The notes under the pieces: model-generated
What the model was told of the DNA's origin: nothing
Databases searched by the model: none
Seen by the model: the letters and a program-made list of their open reading frames with translations, nothing else
DNA from: Azolla caroliniana
Taxonomy: Eukaryota > Plantae > Polypodiophyta
Reading direction: 5' to 3'
Assembly: GCA_043228905.1 (NCBI GenBank)
Contig: JBHGNT010000011.1
Span: 13,020,001 to 13,084,000 of the forward strand
Length of the DNA stretch: 64,000 nt
Translations under genes and position numbers: made by a program
Part shown: positions 1 through 9,864 of the stretch, in pieces
How positions within the stretch are numbered: position 1 is the first letter of the stretch
How the letters are laid out: each line of letters begins with the position of its first letter

Positions 1-99
1 ACACCCACTTGTTTCGGAGTGCCCGCTTTCCTTTCGGCAACTCCACCAATTCGTACGTATGGTTCTCATGCATGGAATCCATCTCATCCTACATGGCAC

Positions 100-1328
100 T
101 TAACCATTTGCGGTTATGGGTGTCATCCTTCGCTTCTTCGAAGCTTTCCGAGGCGCCCTTCTCTCTCTGAGAGGATATCTCCGTCTTCGGGCTTCGGTAA
201 CCGGCTCCTCCATTTGGCCTTCATCCGAATCCGATTCGGGGTCTTGGCCGGTTCCGGTTTCAGCTTCCTCTACTTCTTCTTCAGCCTGTTCGGTATCCTC
301 ACCGTAACCGGTTGGTCCCTCGAGTGTTAACCGGTCTCTTGCCGGTTGAGTCTGCTCATCGTAGAATCGATCCTTACCGGTCGACTCGGAGTTCATTATC
401 TTCTTCTCCGACTCCCAATCTGCGAGCGGCTTGTCCTCCATGAAGATGATATCTCGACTCCGGAATACCTTCTTGTTGACCAGGTCCCACACTCGGTAGC
501 CGAACTCATCGTCACCGTAACCGAGGAATATGCATGGCCGGGTCTTTGGATCTAACTTTCCTCTCCAATCCTTAGCTACATGCACATACGTGAGACACCC
601 GAACACCTTCAGATGCCGGTAGGATACTTCCTTACCGGTCCACACTCTCTGTGGCGTGTCTCCGTCCAAGGTAAATTCGAGCCGGATTCCCTTCGAGCGA
701 CAGTACTCCTCGAACTGCCCCCGGTATTCACCTCCGTTATCTGCTCGAACCGCCTTCAGCTTCCGGCCGATTTCTCTTTCCACTCTCGCATGGAGCTCTT
801 TGAAGACGGATAGCACCTGATCCTTCGTCTTCAACAGTGTGGCCCACAGCTTCCGGCTGTGGTCATCAATGAACGTCACGAAGTACTGTGCTCCGGCATG
901 TGACTTCGTGTCTACTTGACACACATCCGTATGCACCAACTCCAGTGGTGCATTACGTCTCATCGGTGGCCTTGGTAGGAAGGAGGTCCGGTTTTGCTTA
1001 CCGACCAGACAATCAGTGCACTTCTCCAAGTGCACATTCTTCACTGGAATGAGGTTGTCGTCTGCAAGCCTCTTCATCCCCTTCTCGTTCATATGACACA
1101 GCCTCTTATGCCACAGCTCACCGGCAATGTCGAATGCCACGTTCACTTCTTCCGGACATAACCGGGCATTCATCAGGTACAGTGTGTTGACCTTCCGGGC
1201 CCGAGCCACAATCAGGCTCCCTTTGCTGAACTTCATGACACCGTTCCAGATGCTACCCATGTAGCCTTCATCATCTAGCCGACCGGCTGATATCAGGTTC
1301 AGACGAACCTCCGGAACGTGTCGGACAT
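100..1328 (-). pseudogene. Copia pol fragment (protease end, GAG-pre-integrase, integrase core with internal deletion)
   Basis: Contains VRHVPEVRLNLIS, WHKRLCHM..C..C, HTDVC, FIDDHSR and ADNGGEY. The segment normally holding the catalytic E (PQQNGVAER) is missing ('LEFTLDGDTPQ'). Confidence 0.88.
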
Positions 1329-1413
1329 TGTAAAAAGCAACGTGCGGAAGCAGGTATGAAGACAGAACAGAGGAAGGAAACTCAGGTTCAATGGAGATCT
1401 TAGGCTTACACAG

Positions 1414-3708
1414 TGTCGAGGTATTCCTCGCGGATGCGTGGAATGAGGTGGGACCTCGGGGGTCCTGTACCGAAGAGCAAGAGAGAAAGGAGAAGAGACC
1501 CACTGCGTGCGAGCGTAGATTCACAGGGACACGGCCCTTCGACACAAAGACGCGAGTGGGACCACGACATAGAGAGACACGAATGTATGTATGTCTTAAC
1601 AAAGACAAACAATCAAAACACGGAGTCAGTTACAACCGAACAGGCCGGCAAACAGATGCTGATGCCTGTTCGCAAACGCGCAGAAAGGAAGGAGAGGGTT
1701 AGAGGTGCTGCCGGAAGCACTCGGGCATTCCTCAGAGCAGCGCGAGCCTCACGAAACCTGCACAGAAAGAAGCTATGGAGTTTGCGAGCCAGAGAGAGAG
1801 AGAAGCCTTCGCCCACAAACCGACAGCACTTCGTCCTCGACTCTCCGCGATTCCCTCCCCCTTCTCGTCTCCCTCCTTTTATAGGCAAGGAAGGAGCCGT
1901 TTCCCCTTTACTTCCTACCCACTAAATCTACCTACTTCGGATCTTCCATGTCCCTAATTCTTTCTTATGTACAACGTAAGGCGTACGTGCATGAAGAGCC
2001 GGTTCCTATGCTCCGGCGCACCGATTCCACTTGTGGACGGTTTTCTTCACGACATCCGCCCCCACCTAACCGCGCATCCACCGGCATGCACCAAATTGAG
2101 TTGGGACGGAGAAAACCGGTCCAGCCTTCATTCCCCGCCCGTCGGTTCTTCCTCGGTTTCGGATCGTTCGTCGTCCTGGTCCAGGTTAACCGGATCCGGC
2201 TCGTCGTCGTGACGCTTCTTGAACGCTTTGATCCGTTTCCCAGCTACCGGTATCGCCATTCTCGTGTCGTTGAGTTCCGCCAGATGGTACGTCCCGTTGT
2301 CGTTGGCGCTTTGTACAACGTAAGGCCCGAACCACCTTCTTGCGAACTTCCGTGTCGCTCGGTGCTGGTTGTCGAGGCTGCTGTCGTAGACTAGCACCCA
2401 GTCGCCTTCCTCGATCTTCTTCGGTCGGAGCCGGTGCGTCCGGTCGAACCGGGCTTTGTTCCTCGTCCTTGCCACCCGAAGCTTTTCCGCAGCCTGCTCC
2501 ACGTCCTCCGGTCTTCGCTCGAGCTGCCGTATGCGCGCCGTCAACAGTTCCTCCCGGCTTATCTCGTCTCTCCAGTCCACGGTTGCCCATGAGGAGATCG
2601 TACGTTCCATCGGCATGATCGGCTTCTGCCCAAACATGAGCTCTGCCGGCATGAATCCGGTTACCGAACTGTGCGTAGTTCGGTCCGCCCACAACGCGTA
2701 AGGCAATAGCCGCGGCCAGTTCCCGACTTGACCTCCGCATGCCCGAACTAACGCCTTGACGATCGGTCCGTGTCCGCGCTCCACCTTCCCATTCGCCTCC
2801 GGATTGTATGCAGTGGTGAGCGAGAGCTTGACTCCTAGCCGAACGAACAACTCCTCGGCCTCTTCGGCGTCCAACTCCCCGCGATCAGCCACGATCTTCC
2901 CGACGCACCCGTACCGACATATCACGTCCTCAATCAGGAACCGACATACGGCCGCGGTCGTTTTGTTTTGAAGGGCTCGGCCTTCCACCTGATTTGTCAG
3001 ATCTTCCCGAGCCAGGACCAGATACCGCATCTGTCCTACGCCCATCGGCATCGTCACCAGATCTACCATCCATTTGAAGTGGATGGTCGGAGGGTACGTA
3101 GGGTGAAGCTCGTCCCGATGCCGGACCATGGAGTGCATCTGGCAGCTCTCGCAAGTTGTCACGAACCGATGCACGTCCCGGTACAGTCCCGGCCACCAGT
3201 ACTTCCCCTTTATCTTCTCGAACGTGGCCCACGTTCCACGGTGTCCAGCCCAAGGGCTGTCGTGGTAGGCCGTCAACAGCTCCTCCTGTTCTTCCTTCAT
3301 CGCCACCACCCGGAGCAGGACGCCGCTCCTCTTCTTCGGGTGCTTCCATAAGTATCCGTCCCGGAGAAAGAATCGGTAAGCTTTCTTCCAGATCCGGTTG
3401 GCCTCATCCTTCGTCCATGACGCATCCGGCGTCATCGTCCTAAAAAATCCACCGATCTGGAGCCACTCGCCGTCGTACTTGCTCTCGTCGAAGTCGTTAA
3501 GTGCCGGAGTGCTCGTCCCATCGGTCGTCACATACGCCGCCTCGAAGAAGTCCACGCCGACTTCTTCGTCCTCCGAAACCATGCCGCCCTCGTTATCAAA
3601 CCTCGCCCTCGAAAGCATGTCGGCCATGGCGTTGTCCTTTCCGGAAATGTGCCGTATTTCCGGGTCCAGGGACTTGATGTACGCTTGTGGACGGTTTTCT
3701 TCACGACA
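1414..3708 (-). mobile_element. Internally deleted Ty3/Gypsy element (3' LTR 1414-2054, PPT, integrase, 25-bp stub of the 5' LTR)
   Basis: Termini TGTCG...CGACA, flanked by ACAG at 1410-1413 and 3709-3712. The sequence cttgtggacggttttcttcacgaca occurs at 2030-2054 and 3684-3708. A purine tract (minus strand AGGTGGGGGCGGA) sits next to the LTR. Confidence 0.9.
2128..3683 (-). CDS. Gypsy-type integrase (RNase H tail, HHCC zinc finger, DDE core, GPY/F motif); open frame, N-terminally truncated
   Basis: Contains HISGKDNAMADMLSR, YHDSPWAGHRG..CESC, WMVDL, ADRG, YNPEANGKVER and RWFGPY. Confidence 0.9.
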
Positions 3709-3998
3709 ACAGTATACGCAGGAGAGACAGAGAGAGTAGACACAAAAAACTATATTTAACAATAATACTCAGTCTGTACATAAGACGTGCTCAGTGAGCA
3801 CTTTTATACAAGTCCTGGAAGGACTGACCGAAGTACTGACAGTACTTCAATGCTCATTAAGAGCTCCTACACTAACTCCCAAATATATTCCTCACGGAAT
3901 ATCTTTCCTAACGACCTCCCGGTTTACGCACTCAGCCTAACCGATCGGTCCCAACCGATCCGGTCCGGCCGATGTTGAGCTTGTCTCTCAACAGACAT

Positions 3999-5088
3999 CC
4001 TTCAGCAGCAACTTGCATCCGGTTGGTGTTGACAGCCACACGTCTCCTATGCCGACAATTCGGCATGTACCTTCATTCCCCATCCGGACACAGCCGTGAT
4101 CACCGGCTGAGTAGGAAGAGAAGCATTTCCGGTCCGGGGTAAGGTGGAACGACGCTCCGGAGTCGACCACCCAGGTCATCTCGTCGCCGACAAGGTTTAT
4201 CTCACTCTCCTCGGTGATGAGCATCAACTCTTCTTCACTTGCCGCGATTGTCGTCGTCCCCTTCCGGTCCGTTCCCCTCCCGTCTTTACCGTTCCGGTCC
4301 GGTATCTGCTTCGAATCGGTACCATCGGTTTCCTTGTCCTTTCGGAAATGCCGACAGTTCTTCTGGAAGTGTCCCGGCTTGCCGCAATAGAAGCAAGTAG
4401 GCCTCCCCCTTGACTTTGACCGTGTCCCCGACTTTTCCCGGTTCTGGGGACTACGGTTTCTTTGTCTTCCGCGTTCCGATTCGGTCAGGAGCGCTTTGGA
4501 GTCGGAGCTCGTATCTTTATCTTTCCGACGCGCCTCCTCATCTAGCAAGCTCGACTTTACTCTTGCTAGGGATAACCGCTTTCCTTCCGGCCCGGCGTTG
4601 CCCAAAGTGACAACCAGCGTCTCCCAGTTATCCGGGAGGGAACCGAGCAGGAGTAGCGCTAGTACCTCATCGGCGAGAGGTACTTCTAATGAAGTTGCCT
4701 GGTGGATCAGCCCCTGGAAGGCATTCATGTGCTCCGCCATGCTGGAGCCATCTTGGTACCGGAGTCTTACTAGCTTCCGGAATACCGAAACCTGATTAAC
4801 AACATTTTTGTTTTGAAACATTATGTCGATCTTCTCCCAGAGCTCATGAGCCTTGCTCTCTTCATTGAAGTTGTTGTACAGGCTCATGTCGATGAAGCAC
4901 TGTATGTACGTCGTTGTCTTCATGTGCATCACCTCCCAAATCGCGGCGTCAATTTTGTCCGGTCTCTTGTCCCCGAACTGAACCGGCAACCAGAGGTCTT
5001 TATCCCCAAGCATGTCCCTCATCTTCGACTTCCACACTGAATAGTTGGAGCTGGTGAGCTTGAACATGCCTCCCAACGAATCGTCCAT
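3999..5088 (-). CDS. Copia gag plus aspartic protease (interrupted by the solo LTR)
   Basis: Contains KLTSSNYSVWK, a UBN2-like gag body, CFYCGKPGHFQKNC and WVVDSGASFH. Confidence 0.92.
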
Positions 5089-5103
5089 TTTCTGTGTCGT
5101 TTC

Positions 5104-5115
5104 GCTCTGATACCA
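5104..5115 (-). promoter_or_regulatory. Primer binding site complementary to the 3' end of tRNA-iMet
   Basis: The minus strand reads TGGTATCAGAGC, 2 nt from the LTR end (TG at 5118 on +). Confidence 0.93.
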
Positions 5116-5117
5116 CT

Positions 5118-5443
5118 TGACGGGAACTGTACGCTCCTTCTACGCAACGCTCGGCCACAACCGAGCTTAGAATCATACACAGAAAACGGGAAATAAAACG
5201 CACGACACAAAGAAGAGAAGAGTACACAGGATGTTTACGTGGAAAACCCAAACTAGGGAAAAACCACGGCAGCCCACAGGCTGCAAACTATCACTATGCT
5301 AGAATGTACAACAGTGAGTTCACGGAGGCAACGACCTCGTGCTCACGATCTTCGCCACAGGTGGCGGTTACAACAGAGGCAACGACCTCTTCCTCTCACT
5401 CTCTCTCTCTCTCTCTCTGTACACAGTTACACGCTCTAAAAGA
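5118..5443 (-). repeat. Copia 5' LTR, PBS-proximal part (split by the insertion at 5444)
   Basis: Begins TG next to the PBS. Shares motifs (ggaaaaacca, gaggcaacgac, ggttacaacag, CT run) with the LTR at 12508-13020. Confidence 0.85.
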
Positions 5444-6201
5444 TAACTTTTAGCATCCTCCCCTAATTCAGTTTCTCCTATTTTCCAATTCTACCCCTCA
5501 CCTCTTAATTTTTAGCCTCTTCCCCTCATTCTCCTTTTTCCTATTTTCTAATCCTACCCCTCCCCTCACCTTTTATTGTTTCCAAATTTTATTTTATTTT
5601 ATTTTTTCTAACCATCACCTCCCCCTTATTTTTCCTAATTTGATCTTCTACCCCTCCCTTTACTTTTTCATTGCCACTCTAACTTTACCCCTACCTTTCC
5701 CTAACTCACACCAAGTATATGAAACGATTTGGGTGCGCTTGAATCGTTCTTGGTGATCTTTTCACTTCATTCCCACTTTGTCAATTTACTCTACCCCTGT
5801 CTCGTTCACTAATTTCAATCTACCCCTTTCCCCCTTCCTTTTTTCCAGAATTACATTCATACCCCTCCCTCTTTTAGTAAATTTCTCGTACCCCTCCCCC
5901 TTTCATTTTTCTTAATCTCACTCTACCCTTTCCTCCTCCACTTTAATTTCCAATATACCCTCCAATTCTTCCTACCCCCCTCCTTTTTTCAAAGATCTCC
6001 ATACATTCTAACGTACTTCACCATCCCTAACTCCCACCTCACACACTTCTCTCTTACCCTTCCTCTCTCTTTCTCTCTCACACTCCCCTACATGTTTTTC
6101 AAATAACCCCAAAAAATCTTCTATCCCACACCAAATATATCAAACCCCATATCTCCTACATCATCAAATTTGAACACACACACACACACACACACACACT
6201 A

Positions 6202-6239
<38 letters not shown>

Positions 6240-6275
6240 GCACACACACACACACACACACATCCTTATCTTCCC

Positions 6276-6283
6276 TATATAAA
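6276..6283 (+). promoter_or_regulatory. Putative TATA box upstream of hammerhead 1 (second copy at 8559-8566)
   Basis: TATATAAA follows CA/CT microsatellites and lies 13 nt before the hammerhead stem I. Confidence 0.55.
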
Positions 6284-6296
6284 CCCCTCCAATTCT

Positions 6297-6358
6297 AAAT
6301 GGTCTTGTGCACTGATGAGCTCCGTAGGAGCGAAACTAGTTTGCCACATCGACCATTT
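6297..6358 (+). ncRNA. Type I hammerhead ribozyme, copy 1 (predicted cleavage after GUU, 6341/6342)
   Basis: Core CUGAUGA (6312-6318); stem II GCUCC-GUA-GGAGC; GAAAC; minimal palindromic stem III AAACUAGUUU; stem I UGUGCA/UGC(C)ACA extended by AAAUGGUC/GACCAUUU. Confidence 0.88.
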
Positions 6359-6429
6359 CTTTGTATTACTTTTTAAGTTTCTTAATATGAATTAGTCTTT
6401 AGTCTATTTCTCTCTCTCTAAACTTTGTA

Positions 6430-6431
<2 letters not shown>

Positions 6432-6467
<36 letters not shown>

Positions 6468-6792
6468 ATTCTCACTCTTAATCTCACATTCACCCACCAA
6501 TTGTATACCGTTCGCACTCCTTGTATTGACCTCACGGTCTAGAACTCACAATTCTTTGTGTATCTCTCTCTCTCTCTCTCTCTCTATAATTCTCACTCTT
6601 AATCTCACATTCACCCACCGATTGTATACCGTTCGCACTCCTTGTATTGACCTCACGGTCTAGAACTCACAATTCTTTGTGTATCTCTCTCTCTCTCTCT
6701 CTCTATAATTCTCACTCTTAATCTCACATTCACCCACCGATTGTATACCGTTCGCACTCCTTGTATTGACCTCACGGTCTAGAACTCACAAT
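6432..6792 (+). repeat. Three ~120-bp tandem repeats, each headed by a (TC)n run (two more copies at 8715-8948)
   Basis: The unit tataattctcactcttaatctcacattcacccacc..gacctcacggtctagaactcacaa is repeated. Confidence 0.92.
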
Positions 6793-7269
6793 TTGTAGTA
6801 ATTTCTATGGAGGACCAATCCACAGAGACGTGAACCCACGATGGCATATGATCGACGCCCTTCGAGTATCCACTTCGTGTCGAGTTCCCTCATTTCAAGT
6901 GGAAGGCATTTGCAACGGCATCATCGGCATCCCAACATGCCTTCAACATATTATCTCTCACTTCCTTACATCTTTTCATTGTAAGCATGGGACTACATTC
7001 GGTAGCCATGCAATCCCTTTTGTCTCTTTTAGTATGTGTGCATATGGACTACTTTCAATAGTTGGCATTTTGCATAATCTTAGTATTTCCTTTCCTTTCC
7101 AATGCACGGGATTACATTGTAGCCAGCATTTGTATTCAACATATGTTCTACCCTTCCGTTGTAACCAATATACCTTGCATCACTCTCCCTCCCACTCACT
7201 TTCTCTTGCATGATATCCTTCCCCCATAGTCTCTCTCTATATTAACTTTACCCCTCTTTTATCTTTACC

Positions 7270-7720
7270 TAATTCTCAACATACCCTTACCTATTTTCAA
7301 CTCTACCCCTTCCCTAACTTTTCGATATTTCCACTATACCCTCCCCCTTACTTTTCCTTATCTTTAACTCTACCCCTCCCCTAACTTTTCCATATTTTCA
7401 CTATACCCTCCTCCTTACTTTCCCTTATCTTTAACTCTACCCCTTCCCAAACCTTTCCATATAATTTTTCACTATATCCTCCCCCTTATTTTTCCTTATC
7501 TTTAACTCTACCCCTTCCCAAACTTTTCAATATTTTCACTATACCCTCCCTCCCCCTTACTTTTCCTTATCTTTAACTCTACCCCTTCCCTAACTTTTCC
7601 ATATTTTCACTATACCCTCCCCCTTACTTTTCCTTATCTTTAACTCTACCCCTTCCCTAACTTTTCAATATTTTCACTATACCCTCCCCTTACTTTTCCT
7701 TATCTTTAACTCTACCCCTC
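7270..7720 (+). repeat. Pyrimidine-rich ~67-bp tandem repeat (about 6-7 copies, built from ~33-bp TACCC subunits)
   Basis: The unit accctcccccttacttttccttatctttaactctaccccttccctaacttttccatattttcactat recurs, for example at 7338, 7405, 7614 and 7681. Confidence 0.88.
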
Positions 7721-8484
7721 ACATTTTAACTTTTAGCATCCTCCCCTAATTCAGTTTCTCCTATTTTCCAATTCTACCCCTCACCTCTTAATTTTTAGCC
7801 TCTTCCCCTCATTCTCCTTTTTCCTATTTTCTAATCCTACCCCTCCCCTCACCTTTTATTGTTTCCAAATTTTATTTTATTTTATTTTTTCTAACCATCA
7901 CCTCCCCCTTATTTTTCCTAATTTGATCTTCTACCCCTCCCTTTACTTTTTCATTGCCACTCTAACTTTACCCCTACCTTTCCCTAACTCACGCCAAGTA
8001 TATGAAACGATTTGGGTGCGCTTGAATCGTTCTTGGTGATCTTTTCACTTCATTCCCACTTTGTCAATTTACTCTACCCCTGTCTCGTTCACTAATTTCA
8101 ATCTACCCCTTTCCCCCTTCCTTTTTTCCAGAATTACATTCATACCCCTCCCTCTTTTAGTAAATTTCTCGTACCCCTCCCCCTTTCATTTTTCTTAATC
8201 TCACTCTACCCTTTCCTCCTCCACTTTAATTTCCAATATACCCTCCAATTCTTCCTACCCCCCTCCTTTTTTCAAAGATCTCCATACATTCTAACGTACT
8301 TCACCATCCCTAACTCCCACCTCACACACTTCTCTCTTACCCTTCCTCTCTCTTTCTCTCTCACACTCCCCTACATGTTTTTCAAATAACCCCAAAAAAT
8401 CTTCTATCCCACACCAAATATATCAAACCCCATATCTCCTACATCATCAAATTTGAACACACACACACACACACACACACACTA

Positions 8485-8522
<38 letters not shown>

Positions 8523-8579
8523 GCACACACACACACACACACACATCCTTATCTTCCCTATATAAACCCCTCCAATTCT

Positions 8580-8641
8580 AAATGGTCTTGTGCACTGATG
8601 AGCTCCGTAGGAGCGAAACTAGTTTGCCACATCGACCATTT
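8580..8641 (+). ncRNA. Type I hammerhead ribozyme, copy 2 (predicted cleavage 8624/8625)
   Basis: Identical to copy 1 and 2283 nt downstream; CUGAUGA at 8595-8601. Confidence 0.88.
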
Positions 8642-8948
8642 CTTTGTATTACTTTTTAAGTTTCTTAATATGAATTAGTCTTTAGTCTATTTCTCTCTCT
8701 CTAAACTTTGTACATCTCTCTCTCTCTCTCTCTCTCTCTCTATAATTCTCACTCTTAATCTCACATTCACCCACCAATTGTATACCGTTCGCACTCCTTG
8801 TATTGACCTCACGGTCTAGAACTCACAATTCTTTGTGTATCTCTCTCTCTCTCTCTCTCTCTCTATAATTCTCACTCTTAATCTCACATTCACCCACCGA
8901 TTGTATACCGTTCGCACTCCTTGTATTGACCTCACGGTCTAGAACTCA

Positions 8949-9343
8949 TATTTATACTAATATGACTTTTTCGGCTATTTACAAATATAGTCATGATGGA
9001 CTCTCAGAAACATATTTACGAATATGTCTCTTCATCCGATTCTCACCGGGTCTGCACCATCCGGCTCTTCGTAGCCGGGTACTCCTCATCCGGTTCTCAC
9101 CAGGTCTGCACCATCCGGCTCTCCGTAGTCGGGTACTCCTCATCTAGTTCTCACCGGGTCTACACCGTCCGGCTCTCCGTAGCCGGGTACTCCTCATCCG
9201 GTTCTCATCGGGCCTGCACCATCCAACTCTCTGTAGCCGGGTACTCCTCATCCAGTTTCGGCCTCGGCCCATCGGCCTTGGCCGAGTTTGTTCATCAGCA
9301 CTGTTCTTCTCCCTTCCCATCCGGAGGGACCTGTCTCCCAACA
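8949..9343 (-). repeat. Copia 5' LTR, distal part (TATA on minus strand; contains four 54-bp tandem repeats at 9032-9253)
   Basis: tatttatact..gctatttacaaat..catatttac.aatatgtc matches the LTR at ~12840-12920. It ends gagggacc..ccaaca, as does the LTR end at 13020. Confidence 0.8.
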
Positions 9344-9864
9344 GGCTCTTGGCGTCTAATCTCACACAGCTATGGCGCTACTCTCTCTCTCTCTCTCACT
9401 CAATCTCTACAACGTTTCTCACTCTCTCTATTGTTTTTGTTCTCCCTGTTCTACATTTCTACCCTAAGTGTATTTATACTTATACACTAAATGGGCTATT
9501 TACAAATGTAGCCTCTACTACTTTCATTGCTATTATTAAACTAATAGTAGTAACAATTAATCAATCGACAGATCGACTAGTCGATTCGACTAGCCTACTT
9601 GTGCGTCGACTGTCCAGTTGGCCCAACTACTCGGCCTTGTCTTCGACCATCCGGTCAACCCGACTAGTTGGTCGTGTCTTCGACCTGGATCACTTTGTAT
9701 ATTGTCGACTCTCCATGTTGACTCCCCCTTGTCATCGATTGTCGGCTATCAGCCCGACCAATCGACTCCTCCTTGTCTTTGAGTGTCAGCTCTTGGTCCG
9801 ACTAGTTGGCTCCTTCTTGTCTTCGACTATCGGCGTTCGGCCTGAGCAATCGGCTCCTCCCATA
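9344..9864 (-). mobile_element. Older LTR fragment into which the Copia element appears to be inserted
   Basis: CT run followed by tatttatactt..gggctatttacaaat, as in the neighbouring LTRs, then gtcgac/cgac-rich repeats. Confidence 0.5.

Larger units (their letters stand above)
1329..3993 (-). mobile_element. Solo LTR (~370 bp once its nested insert is removed) inserted in the Copia protease region; 5-bp TSD GACAT
   Basis: TG...CA ends. GACAT at 1324-1328 and 3994-3998. Removing the insert restores LLLKDV|RHVPEV. 1329-1413 plus 3713-3993 align with the uninterrupted solo LTR at 63096-63467. Confidence 0.92.
5444..8948 (+). mobile_element. Non-coding hammerhead-ribozyme-containing insertion; ~1.5 tandem copies of a 2283-bp unit (candidate non-autonomous Penelope-like or retrozyme-like element)
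   Basis: 5444-~6668 is repeated almost identically at 7727-8948 (offset 2283). Each copy has a TATA box and a hammerhead. No convincing ORF is present. The insert interrupts a Copia LTR just before its ATATTTATAC motif. Confidence 0.8.
1..9343 (-). mobile_element. Ty1/Copia LTR retrotransposon (degraded, runs off the left edge of the window, interrupted by two nested insertions)
   Basis: On the minus strand the order is 5' LTR (9343-8949 plus 5443-5118), tRNA-Met PBS, gag with a CX2CX4HX4C knuckle, protease (DSGA), GAG-pre-integrase, integrase, then the RT N-terminus (ESFEEAK..KW..AM*DEMDS..KWV at 1-145). Confidence 0.93.

Noticed and set aside
6830-7213. 127-aa ORF inside the hammerhead element as a possible encoded protein
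   Set aside because: It has a GTG start, no recognisable RT, GIY-YIG or other motif, and a composition typical of chance ORFs. The element is treated as non-coding.
5444-8948. Interpreting the 1.2-kb direct repeats as LTRs of a TRIM/LARD
   Set aside because: There are no TG..CA termini, PBS, PPT or 5-bp TSD, and the right copy simply stops inside a 120-bp subrepeat.
9032-9253. 54-bp repeats (and the 30-bp repeats at 52045-52270) as CRISPR-like arrays or repeat proteins
   Set aside because: These are head-to-tail repeats with no unique spacers, in a eukaryotic context. The overlapping ORFs just translate the repeat.
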